Assembly (NCBI GenBank): GCA_977020255.1
Contig: CDROCS010005962.1
Coordinates: 62,001-126,000 of the forward strand
Length of the DNA: 64,000 bases
Source of the DNA: Obrimoposthia wandeli
Taxonomy: Eukaryota
Direction: 5' to 3'
In this document: positions 21,292 through 31,140 of the stretch, piece after piece
Layout: every line of letters starts with the position of its first letter
How positions within the stretch are numbered: position 1 is the stretch's first letter
Translations under genes and position numbers: made by a program
Notes under the pieces: model-generated
What the model saw: the letters and a program-made list of their open reading frames with translations, nothing else
Database searches by the model: none
What the model was told of the DNA's origin: nothing

Positions 21292-21474
21292 AAAGTTTGT
21301 AGCGCTAAACCTTCGAGTAGTGTTCAAATATCTATCTCGCCGCCACATTAAGAGAAACCCGCTAATTCGTATGAGTTAGCGGGCTTTTTGCTTTTTGAGC
21401 ATGAATAAAAAAGTTTGGTGCTTTGAAGTAATGGAACAAAGTTTGTAGCACTAAATCTTCGAGTAGAGTTCAAA
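21292..21474 (+). repeat. Degenerate direct repeats of the tRNA-Ser 3' half plus terminator
   Basis: 21323-21366 matches 21209-21252 at 42/44 nt, and 21438-21474 matches 21292-21328 at 34/37 nt. Confidence 0.85.
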
Positions 21475-21822
21475 CATCGACTTCAGCACTATAGTCCAAT
21501 TAAACTTCTGATTCTTTGCGTTTTTTATCTACATTTTATCTAATCTGTTGTAGTCTAGGGATAATGTTATTTGCTTGGAACTGCTTCTATTTAAATGGAT
21601 TTTTCGTCTGCCTGAAGTTAATGATGAGCCACGTTTGGTATTTAATGGCTAAGTTTGTATGTGCTTTCGTCATAACAATTGTGGAAAATAGCGTCGACAA
21701 GAAGTTAACATTACACTCGCTTTATGCTTAAAACGGCTCTGACCCTTTTTATCCTTGGATTAGAGATAAACGAAGAGCAAATAACGTAAATTAATAAAGT
21801 AATATAAAGGGACGTAAGAAGG

Positions 21823-23660
21823 ATGCTAGGAAACTGTTCATTTGACTATTTAGTCTCTCAAATCTTGAATAAAAGATGTGTTCCTGTAGCCGGAGCTGGA
21901 ATTTCACTATCTAGTAAAGACCCCGATAACGAAAATGTCCACAATGTTAGTTGGATGGTAGATACCTTAAAAAAAGAATTAACAAAAAAAAGGTTGGCAC
22001 GCTATGATGAATCTCTCCATGGAAACGTTTGCAAATGGGGATGTGCGAAAGAGCTTTCTAAATTTAATTTTGTAATATCTGAACAAAATTCATGTCGCTC
22101 TAATTGTTTTTTTTGTGATGTTTTTACGGCAGGAAAGTCCAACAAACTAGGTCATTTGTGTGAACTTTTTTTGTGGGAATTTGATTCATTAGAAGATGCA
22201 TATCAGAGTTTAGTCAAAATATTAAAAATTTCAAAATATAAAAATTTACTACCTACTCCTGCTCATATTTATATTGCAAAACTTGCCAGAGAAGGTTTGT
22301 TATCGGAAATTTTAACAACTAACTATGATTGTAATTTTGAAAGAGCTTATGACCTTATCACTTCCGGAAAAAATACAGATGTTATAACTAGCTTAGATGA
22401 TTATCGAAGAAGAGGTGTTCAATCAGATAACCTAAATCGTTTACAAGTTTATAAGATTAACGGCTGCTCAAACAATCTAGGCGATGCAAGTGATCCTAAA
22501 AAATGTGAATTAATACTATTAACTGAGCGACAACTCCAGAAATGGCGAAATAGGCAGTGGGCTGCGGATCTATTTCGAGACAGGTTACGTAGTAACTCAT
22601 TACTATTTATTGGATTCGGAAGTGATGAACCTCAGGTCCACCATACACTTCAAACTGTACTTGATGAGTATACTGATGATCCTATAAAGAATGGGCTAAG
22701 AGTACTGGATACGTTGAATGCACCAATAGTTGCGACTTTTGATCCCCAACCTAGTTTTCATCAACAGCAAATTGTTAAAACTTATGCTCAGCACCATAAT
22801 CAACCCGCCAAACAGGGAGATGAGCTAATAATTCGTCACCCTGAATCGAATAAAAACCTTTCTGCTGATTTATTATGGCAACTCCTCTATGAACGTATCA
22901 TAAGAACAAAAGTGATTGAAGCTCTAAGATCTAGTGCGCAATCTGCAAATGCTAGTTTCACATCCATCATTCCATTCTCATCAACTATTTTGACTCAAGC
23001 ACTCACTTGGTTTGAACGTGTGAAAAAAAGTGACAAGGACTTTGTTTCTAAATCTCCAAGTTGGTTAGAAAACTTTTTCAGTGAGTCATTTCCTGAAAAA
23101 AATAATACTAATCAATTTGAAATGTTAGTTCGATGCCTTTCTCAATTGAAAGGAAATACTTCTGATTATTATGAACCAGTTATCAATAATCAGGCATTAA
23201 TATCTGAATTTATTTTATTAATTTTTTTATTAAAAGGCTATATCTCTACAGAGATAAAAGGAGACCCTGAACGAGGGTTACTCCTAAATTTAAGTCAAAA
23301 AATTTAGTAAAAAAAGAACTTTATTTAAATGATCTTCCAATAAAAAGTACAGGTATGGAAAGAGTAAATAAAGTAATGGGTAATACCCACTTAATACTAA
23401 AACTTGGACTGGCAAGAGTTAACTCTATTCCTGATATTGAAAGAATAAAAAACGTTAATAATGAGACTGGGGCTTTAACACTAGAAACAATTATTACTCT
23501 GAATTGGAAACATATATTCACCGGGAATCATATTGCCACGAGGTAATATGGAGACCGTAACACTACCATCAAAGATGCAATAGAATCCCCAACAAACTAT
23601 TACTTTTCCAACCAACCTAGTATAAAAAAACGTACTTTTTTAAGAGAAATAACAGCATGA
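21823..23660 (+). pseudogene. SIR2-domain putative NADase effector, interrupted (main ORF 21823-23307)
   Basis: GAGIS, TTNYD, YKINGC and FIGFGSDE motifs. Adding one A to the A6 run (23297-23302) joins the 23355 ORF. After TAA 23544-23546 the same frame stays open to TGA 23658-23660, which overlaps the next ATG (ATGA). Confidence 0.8.
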
Positions 23661-24286
23661 ATAATCTTTTAGATATTGAACTACCTCAACTTGAGAATAG
23701 TACAAAAAAAATTATACCAATTTCAGTTCACTCTCGATCGGTCTGCAATTTATTAATTTTTAAGTCGCTGATTCAATCGAATGAAAAAATTGATTGGAAT
23801 AATATCAAAATAGCATTTGCTAGATTAATCGATAGACTGTCAGATTTATTAAGTGATTATCAACAGTTTGCACCTCTCATTATTCTTGTAGAAATTGAGC
23901 ACCAAAGAAATGAATGGAATCAACTTATGGGTGATCAAGATTGGCATCGAGGACGCTTTGTGATGCAGGAAGTTAAACTTTATAAAGGTCAAACTACAGC
24001 CGAAATAAAACAAAGATGGCTCTCTCCATTAAAAACAGGCGGTTATAATCCAGTTAAAATCACAGCCGAAGATTTATCTAAATTAGTTAAAGAGGCATTA
24101 GTTTATTCAAATCCACCTAAAGGCTCCTCTTCACAAATGTTTGGCAGGTATGTTGCAAATATTGTATTGCTATTAGAAATGGATGAAGCATGGCAGTTTT
24201 CTTTGAGTTGGCGAGATGAGTTACTAGAGGACATAAATAATGTTCTTGGTTATGACCTACTTGAGGAGCATGATTTTGCGAAATAA
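23657..24286 (+). CDS. Hypothetical protein; putative middle component (LmuC/ABC-3C MC-like by position)
   Basis: Intact 209-aa ORF coupled to both neighbours by overlaps. No motif recognised; the role is inferred from position. Confidence 0.6.
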   Translation: MNNLLDIELPQLENSTKKIIPISVHSRSVCNLLIFKSLIQSNEKIDWNNIKIAFARLIDRLSDLLSDYQQFAPLIILVEIEHQRNEWNQLMGDQDWHRGRFVMQEVKLYKGQTTAEIKQRWLSPLKTGGYNPVKITAEDLSKLVKEALVYSNPPKGSSSQMFGRYVANIVLLLEMDEAWQFSLSWRDELLEDINNVLGYDLLEEHDFAK

Positions 24287-26461
24287 TATTGAATTTATCA
24301 GAGAAATAGAACTAAAAAACTATAAAGGTTATCGTCAATCAGAAAAAGGTGTACCTAGAGTTTTTGACTTAAATGCCGACCTAATACTTATCACAGGAAA
24401 AAATGGTGTAGGTAAAACAACGCTACTTGAAGCACTTGATTGGGTACTTAATCATCCAGAGACTAATAATGGTGATGCTATTACGTCAGGTGAGGAAAAT
24501 GGATTTATCAGAATAAATGGAGAAGAATTTCCTGTTACTGGCAAGGGGACAGTAGATCGACATAATTTAAAGACAGTGTCTTCGTTTTTTTACCAAGAAA
24601 ATGTACAAGCATTAGCCTGTAATGAAGTCATTCAATTATTAGAGCCACAGAGCAATCCATCCGTTGAAATTAAGCAAGGTTTGAAAGAAATACAGCAAGA
24701 GTTAAAGCATTGGCAAAACCAATTAAATACTTTGAAATATAAGAAAGATTATGAAAAGTTTCGAAAGTTTTCAGCTGGTAAAATAAGTGAAATAGTAGAG
24801 CAACTACCTGATGAATCTGAGATAAAGCTAAGATTGAAAGAGAGAACCTTTATTATAAGTAATGGTAATTTATCAAGCGGTTGGATTTCTCAAGTAAATA
24901 ATCTAGCTGAGTCAATTGGTGAAATTAGTAATCGTGTTGAACCAGTAGGAGCAAAACTAGCTGAAAAGTTTATACACATAGGTACTTGTTTGCTTGAGTT
25001 CAAAAATTCTAAGCAAGATAATTTAGATAGAGATGAAAAACCGGTTCAATTGAATCAGAAATTACTTAAACATTTACAGCTTCTTCCGATTAACTTTTCT
25101 TTCAAAAGACAATCTAAAAAAGATAATAAAGTGCTTGGAACATGAATTATGTCTGAATATATAACACTGTCTGAAAGTACTATGCTAAAGGTCATTTAAC
25201 TTCAATTGATAATATTAATGCTTATTCGCCACGTATAAAGCATCTTGAGCAAGAACAAGAAAAGTTAAGGAAAGATTACCGACATTCATCTGAACAAAAA
25301 TTAATTATTTCAGATGAAAACTTATCAGTAATTGATTGGATTGACAGCTTCAAAGGGAATGTAGATAAGTGGTTACATGCATGGGATAACCATTCGGATA
25401 AAGAAAACGTATCATCTATTCAACGAAAGCTTAAAATGGAATTAAATGAATTGATGACGCTTTCTGTTAAACGAAATAAGGAAATTAAAACTGAGTTATT
25501 AAATATTGAATCTAAAGGAAAAAAAGTATCAGAAGAGCTGAACCTTCTTGTACGTGCCTTTAATGTGTTGAGAGATATTGAAGAAAATTCGAAGCAGTTA
25601 TTACCAATATTAGAAAAAGAATCTTTTTCGTTAAGTGAGCTACAAAATTTTGTAGAGAACCTACTCACTAAATCACAGGTGAAAGCTGTAAATGAAGTAT
25701 CAAATGAAATTGCTCTTGTTAAGGAGCTAGGTTACATATTTCAAAAGTGGGGGGATCTCGAAAAAGAAAAAGAATATGATGAAAAGAATGCTACAGATTT
25801 AGAGAAAATAGAGATGGTTGAATCAATGATTTCTAGTGCAAGTATCATTTGTAAATCAGAAGTTAGCTCGAAAAGTCAGTTTCTTTCACTAATAGGCACT
25901 ATACCTAAAGTAGAGTTGGAGTTACTTGTTGCAAATATGAATCAACTATTAGCTAGTTTTCATTTCCCAGATGACTTTTTACCTATTAGTTTAGAAAATA
26001 ATGGCAGAGGAGTTAACTGGGGGTTTAGAACAAACTCTGGTGTTAGGTTTGATGATTTATCTACAGGGCAAAAATCTCAACTAGCTATTTGTTGGACAAT
26101 AAATCTAAATTTGGTACTTACAGAGCGATTAGGTCACAAAGTAATTGGTTTTGATGATTTTACGACTTCACTAGATATGAATCAGATGATTCCAGCTTCA
26201 GTATTACTCAGAAAATTAGCTTATGCCAATGATAATGACACATCAAAAAGGCAGGTTATTATCACCAGTCACCACGAAGATCTTACTAATCGTTTTTTGG
26301 ACTTTCTTCTCCCGCCAGAGGGTAAAACGATGAAGGTTATTCAATTTGAAGACTGGTCTGTAAGTAATGGACCTAGTTATAAGTGTTATGATGTTAATAT
26401 GAATGAAGTAGATCAAGTCGGCCTAAAAGACGCAATAATAGGTGTAATGAGTACTGATTAG
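24270..26461 (+). pseudogene. SMC/Rad50-like coiled-coil ABC ATPase, split at ~25143-25176
   Basis: ATG 24270 after GAGGAG. The N-part has Walker A GKNGVGKT and Q-loop FFYQE. The C-part (frame open from 25175) has signature LSTGQ, Walker B GFDD and H-loop TSHH, with a Glu/Lys/Leu-rich coiled-coil-like middle. Confidence 0.82.
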
Positions 26462-26600
26462 TCTTATAAAAGTTGAGATAAGTACGAGTTTCATAAAAAA
26501 TTAACAGGGACACCCACTCAAATCCAGTCTGCTAAATAGCCTTACAAAGGATTAAACAGGCACAATGGTCGTGTTTTACACGAGCTAACTTATAACTAAA

Positions 26601-26671
26601 AAGTCAGATGCCGTAGTTCCGCACGACCGGTTCTGTAGGTGGACCCTAGTAATAGGACCCTCCACCTCGAT
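26601..26671 (+). mobile_element. Degenerate group II intron domain 5-domain 6 remnant
   Basis: AAGTCAGATGCCGTAGTTCCGCACGACCGGTTC resembles D5 consensus (GAGCCGGATGCG...CGCACGTCCGGTTC). It is followed by a GGTGGA/TCCACC hairpin with a CCTA-GTAA-TAGG GNRA loop and ends in CCACCTCGAT (AY end). Confidence 0.5.
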
Positions 26672-26686
26672 ACATATGAGGGTATT

Positions 26687-26788
26687 ATGAGTAAAGTTCT
26701 ACCTTTGGTGTTATTAACAACCTTTTTTTCAGGTTGTGCTATTTTTCCGCAGACTGAAAAATTAACAGGGACACCCACTCTAATTTGA
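26687..26788 (+). pseudogene. Truncated lipoprotein gene (signal peptide only)
   Basis: RBS GAGGG, then MSKVLPLVLLTTFFSG-C lipobox. The reading frame is fused to the 24-bp repeat after 24 codons. Confidence 0.55.
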
Positions 26789-27119
26789 ACAAGCTTTGTC
26801 TGTGTACTTAGGCATTTTTAGAATGGGTGTATTACTCAATTGATCTTAATACACTGTATTGCTTTACCAATCCGCAGGCTTGTTGTCGTATTTTTCGGTC
26901 TAAAACGTGTTTTGCCTTGAACCCACACATCCACATCATGAAACTTGATATTTCATGTAAATGTAGTTTTTTCATTTTCGATTATGTTAAAGCACTTGTA
27001 CTTCCTCTCATTGTTGGATATGCCTTGAATGGTTTAGTCAAGTAAAAGCAATTTATAATGAACTATCTTGAATATTCGCTCAAATGCTTTCGCCTATTAA
27101 CTGTGCTGCTGTTTAGTGA

Positions 27120-28193
27120 TTAACTTTGACGTTGTGCGGTCAATGCTAAAATATTCTCTTGAGCTCGTATTAAGCTTTCACAGACACCTTGTTGATGCAT
27201 TACTGCCGTTTGCAATGCTACGTGGGCAATGGCGTTGTTCTGCTCTGCTATCATCATATTGGTCTTGCCAGCGATTAATGCTTGTATCGCAGCAACCCCC
27301 ATTTTAGTTGCTAATATTCTGTCTTTTGCCACCGGTGAGCCACCACGTTGTATATGACCAAGGATACAGGCAGTGCAATCGATATTGGCGAGTGTTTGTA
27401 ATTGTTGAGCTAAGGCAGAGGCACCACCTTGCCAGATATTTTCAGCCATCACGATAATATAACTTTCGTGTCGATTGGCTTGAGCAATTTTAATTTCTTG
27501 TGCTAATGAAAGCAGTTTTTGTTGTTCATCTTGGTGTTGATTTTTATGCTGTGTTTCATATTCTGCTTCGTTGGTAATCTGAGCAAAATTTTCAAAAGAA
27601 ATAATTTGTTCAGCCGCACAAGCAATGCCGGCGTTAAACGCGATATGACCGCTATGTCGGCCCATTAACTCAACAATAAATATGCGTTCAAAAGCATCTG
27701 CGGTATCACGTATTTTGTCTATTGCTTCAATGGCGGTATTAATTGCGGTAGAAAAGCCGATGGTAAAGTCAGTGCCGTCTATATCGTTGTCAATGGTTCC
27801 TGGAATACCTATCACTTGACCTGACCATTGCTCCTGCAAAGCAAGTAAGCCATTAAATGAGCCATCACCACCGATGACAATTAAGGCATCTATTTTTTCT
27901 TTCATTAACGTACTGCTTGCCTGTTGAATACCTAACGGGGTTTGCATAGCAGGGCAGCGGGCACTTTTTAAGATGGTGCCGCCTTTATGAATGATATGAC
28001 TGACCGTTTTTACGGTAAGTGGTACTGATGTGTCGTCAATTAAGCCGTTAAAGCCCGAATAAAAGCCGATGACGGTCATTTGATAATGTTGCGCGGCCAG
28101 CACAACGGCTCTAATGGCGGCATTCATTCCTGGTGCGTCACCCCCGCTAGTCAAAATGGCAATTCTTTTAATAGGCTTAATGTGTTCAGACAA
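27120..28193 (-). CDS. pfkA: ATP-dependent 6-phosphofructokinase
   Basis: LTSGGDAPGMN, GGTILKSAR, GGDGS, PGTIDND, ELMGRHSG, LGHIQRGG motifs; probable TTG start after GAGG. Confidence 0.95.
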   Translation of the reverse strand: MSEHIKPIKRIAILTSGGDAPGMNAAIRAVVLAAQHYQMTVIGFYSGFNGLIDDTSVPLTVKTVSHIIHKGGTILKSARCPAMQTPLGIQQASSTLMKEKIDALIVIGGDGSFNGLLALQEQWSGQVIGIPGTIDNDIDGTDFTIGFSTAINTAIEAIDKIRDTADAFERIFIVELMGRHSGHIAFNAGIACAAEQIISFENFAQITNEAEYETQHKNQHQDEQQKLLSLAQEIKIAQANRHESYIIVMAENIWQGGASALAQQLQTLANIDCTACILGHIQRGGSPVAKDRILATKMGVAAIQALIAGKTNMMIAEQNNAIAHVALQTAVMHQQGVCESLIRAQENILALTAQRQS

Positions 28194-28574
28194 TATTTTT
28201 CCTCGCGTTATTAGTAAGTGCATTATTAGATTGAGATTTTATGCTTTCTTTCTCATTGACTTAAATTAACAGTACCTACGGTAAAAATGAAATTGTGTTG
28301 CATTAAAATAAGCATAGTTTACTGTAGATCAATATTTACTATGATGGTGTTGTACCAGTTATATTAATTAAGTGATCATTTAAGGCCACCTAAATATCGA
28401 ATGCCTTTTTTTTCAATCACAATAGTCAGTTATTACTCAATCAAGCGGTATTAATAACCCGTATAAACTGTCATTGGCTGATGATGTCACTTGATCTAAT
28501 CACGCTAGACAATGAAAAGCGCTAGAGCTCAGATACTATAGTATTAAATACACCTAAAAACGGAACCGTATTAA

Positions 28575-29423
28575 ATGATAAAAATAAAATCAACGCTGAC
28601 TTTCCTCTTGTTAGCGCTATTCGTCTCTGGCTGTGGATTTCGATTTGTTTATAATCACTTAGATTGGTGGACTAATTGGTACCTCGATGATTATGTCACT
28701 TTGGATAAACAACAACAAAAAACCTTTGATATTGAATTTGAACAATTACATTTATGGCACCGAGAAACACAGCTGCCCGCTTATGCTGAGCAAATAAAGC
28801 GGCTTAAAGTCGCTATTAATCAGCAAATAAATGAACAACAAGTTCGCAATAATTTGACGCAATTTGTTCAGCATTGGCAAAACTTTCTGATTGCTGCTGA
28901 GCCAAAACTACAGCCCTTAGTCTATAGTTTGACGAATGAGCAAAAACAGCAACTTCTGACGGCTATTAAAGAGCAAAATCAAGAACGTCTTGACGATGAT
29001 GAAGGCTTTACTGAGCAAGAATGGTTAGCAGAGCGTGCAGATGATCAAAAAGATCAACTTAAAGACTGGTTTGGTAAGCTTAGTGCTGAGCAAAAAGCGC
29101 AAGTCACCTTACTGAGTAAACATTACCAACGCACATTTACCGCAAGAATGGCCTACCGACAACGTTGGACCCACCAGTTTGCTGATCTTTTAAATGGTGA
29201 TTTGCCCGATCATCAATACAAGTTTGAGTTTTATCGCTTGTTTGTTAATGGCAGTAGCCTGCGCGATGAAGCTCTTAACGCCGTTATTGATCATAATAGC
29301 CAGGTATTCGCCAGTATCTTCGTTTACATGGTTACAACGGCGAACGATAAACAACGTAAGCGTATTAATAAGAAACTCAACAAAGTGATTGGTGATTTAG
29401 AATATTTGATTGCTGATGATTAA
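28575..29423 (+). CDS. DUF6279-like lipoprotein
   Basis: Lipobox VSGC followed by FRFVYNHLDWWTNWYLDDYVTL. Confidence 0.75.
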   Translation: MIKIKSTLTFLLLALFVSGCGFRFVYNHLDWWTNWYLDDYVTLDKQQQKTFDIEFEQLHLWHRETQLPAYAEQIKRLKVAINQQINEQQVRNNLTQFVQHWQNFLIAAEPKLQPLVYSLTNEQKQQLLTAIKEQNQERLDDDEGFTEQEWLAERADDQKDQLKDWFGKLSAEQKAQVTLLSKHYQRTFTARMAYRQRWTHQFADLLNGDLPDHQYKFEFYRLFVNGSSLRDEALNAVIDHNSQVFASIFVYMVTTANDKQRKRINKKLNKVIGDLEYLIADD

Positions 29424-29498
29424 TTGTTTCAATTGAAAGAAATATTAGTGCGGTGTGGGTAATGCGTTGATAACTATTGCATGGGCAGTAATAGGCGA

Positions 29499-29530
29499 TA
29501 AAAAAGGTAGCGCTTAGGCTACCTTTTTTA
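29499..29530. terminator. Bidirectional terminator
   Basis: AAAAAAGGTAGC-GCTTAG-GCTACCTTTTTT between convergent genes. Confidence 0.8.
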
Positions 29531-29618
29531 TTAGTAGTGAAAAGTCCGTGATATACGACTTTTTCCTAGTTGCCCAATATCTGTGAGATATGAGTTAACT
29601 AAAATTAAAACAAAGGTG

Positions 29619-31073
29619 TTAAACAAAGTTCTTTTTAGTAAGGGTTAATACTTTTAAGGTATTTGTAGCCCCAACAGTTTCCATTAAATCACCGTGGGTT
29701 AGTATTACTTTATCGCCAATGGCAAGTTCAGTGCCTTTAACGACAGCTGTTAATACGTCTTGGGCCATTTTTTCAGCATTGTCTGCGTCTGTTGAATCAT
29801 AAGATACTGGGTAAACACCACGATAAATAGCTGTTTTAGTCAACGTTTTTCTATGACGAGACAATGAGTAAATTGGCAAACCAGAAGAAATACGTGACAT
29901 TATTTTTGTTGTATGACCTGATTCTGTTAAGGCAATTATTGCTTTAACGCCATCTAAATGATTCGCTGCATACATGGCTGACAAAGCAATAGTTTCAGAA
30001 ACTTCAGTAAATACCATTTCAACACGATGTCTTGAAGTAGTCACCGAGCTTTCTTTTTCAGCGCCAATACACACACTCGCCATCGCTTTAACCGTTTCGA
30101 TAGGGTATTTGCCTGCTGCGGTTTCAGCTGAAAGCATAACGGCATCAGTACCATCAAGTACGGCATTGGCAACATCCATAACCTCAGCACGTGTCGGCAT
30201 TGGATTTTCAATCATGGTTTCCATCATTTGCGTTGCGGTAATAACCACACGGTTTAACTGACGGCTTCGGGCAATAATGTGTTTTTGTTTGCCAACTAAT
30301 GCCGCATCGCCAATTTCAACACCTAAATCGCCACGGGCAACCATAACAACATCAGAGGCTAATATAATACCGTCTAACACTTTATCGTCGTTTACCGCTT
30401 CAGCACGCTCAATTTTTGAGACTAAACGAGCATCACAACCCGCTTCTTGTGCTAATAAACGCGCTTCGCGCATATCAGCTGCGTCACGAGGAAAAGATAC
30501 CGCCAGAAAATCAACATCGATTTTAGCGGCAAGTTTAATGTCTTCTTTATCTTTATCTGTCAATGCTGGCGCTGTAAGGCCACCCCCTTGACGGTTAATA
30601 CCTTTATTGTTTGATAAAGGACCACCAACAGTAACCTCAGTAAAAACGGATTGACCTTTGGTTTCAAGTACACGCAGTTGTACACGGCCATCATCAAGTA
30701 ATAAAATATCACCAGCAACAACATCTTGCGGAAGTTTTTTGTAATCAATACCAACTTTTTCTTGGCAACCTTCACCTTTAGCAAGCGAAGCATCTAATTC
30801 AAACTTATCACCAATAGCGAGTTTGATTGGGCCATTTTTAAAAGTAGACACGCGAATTTTAGGGCCTTGTAAGTCGCCTAAAATGCCAACATAAATACCA
30901 AGCTCTTTTGACAATTCACGCACAGTGTTTGCGCGGTCGATGTGATCTTGTGGAATACCGTGAGAGAAATTTAATCTGACAACATTAACACCCGCAGCTA
31001 GTACTTGTTTTAATACTGTTCTATCGTCTGTTGCCGGACCTAATGTCGCGACAATTTTTGTTCTTCTAGGCAT
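29619..31073 (-). CDS. pykA: Pyruvate kinase II
   Basis: [47 protein letters not shown] motifs. Confidence 0.97.
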   Translation of the reverse strand: MPRRTKIVATLGPATDDRTVLKQVLAAGVNVVRLNFSHGIPQDHIDRANTVRELSKELGIYVGILGDLQGPKIRVSTFKNGPIKLAIGDKFELDASLAKGEGCQEKVGIDYKKLPQDVVAGDILLLDDGRVQLRVLETKGQSVFTEVTVGGPLSNNKGINRQGGGLTAPALTDKDKEDIKLAAKIDVDFLAVSFPRDAADMREARLLAQEAGCDARLVSKIERAEAVNDDKVLDGIILASDVVMVARGDLGVEIGDAALVGKQKHIIARSRQLNRVVITATQMMETMIENPMPTRAEVMDVANAVLDGTDAVMLSAETAAGKYPIETVKAMASVCIGAEKESSVTTSRHRVEMVFTEVSETIALSAMYAANHLDGVKAIIALTESGHTTKIMSRISSGLPIYSLSRHRKTLTKTAIYRGVYPVSYDSTDADNAEKMAQDVLTAVVKGTELAIGDKVILTHGDLMETVGATNTLKVLTLTKKNFV

Positions 31074-31140
31074 CGTAATCCTTAAATTTATGAAATGTTC
31101 TGTGTATATAATGGTTATCGGTTTTTACACCGACATTAAC

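Larger units (their letters stand above)
26496..26830. repeat. 24-bp direct repeat AAAAATTAACAGGGACACCCACTC plus an inverted partner
   Basis: Identical copies at 26496-26519 and 26757-26780. ACACCCACTCTAA (26771-26783) pairs with TTAGAATGGGTGT (26818-26830) at 12/13 nt. Confidence 0.85.

Noticed and set aside
21209-21474. Possible CRISPR array (short repeats with spacers)
   Set aside because: The repeats are degenerate copies of the tRNA 3' end and terminator, with irregular spacing and no cas genes.
21516-21731. 71-aa ORF next to tRNA, or an integrase remnant
   Set aside because: No RBS or recognisable motifs on either strand; no tyrosine-recombinase residues found.
22093-22116. Radical SAM enzyme call from CxxxCxxC
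   Set aside because: The surrounding protein has SIR2 motifs and no TIM-barrel radical SAM features; kept only as a metal-binding insert.
26827-27045. 72-aa ORF at the island right end
   Set aside because: No recognisable family, and short frames on both strands; likely a non-coding relic.
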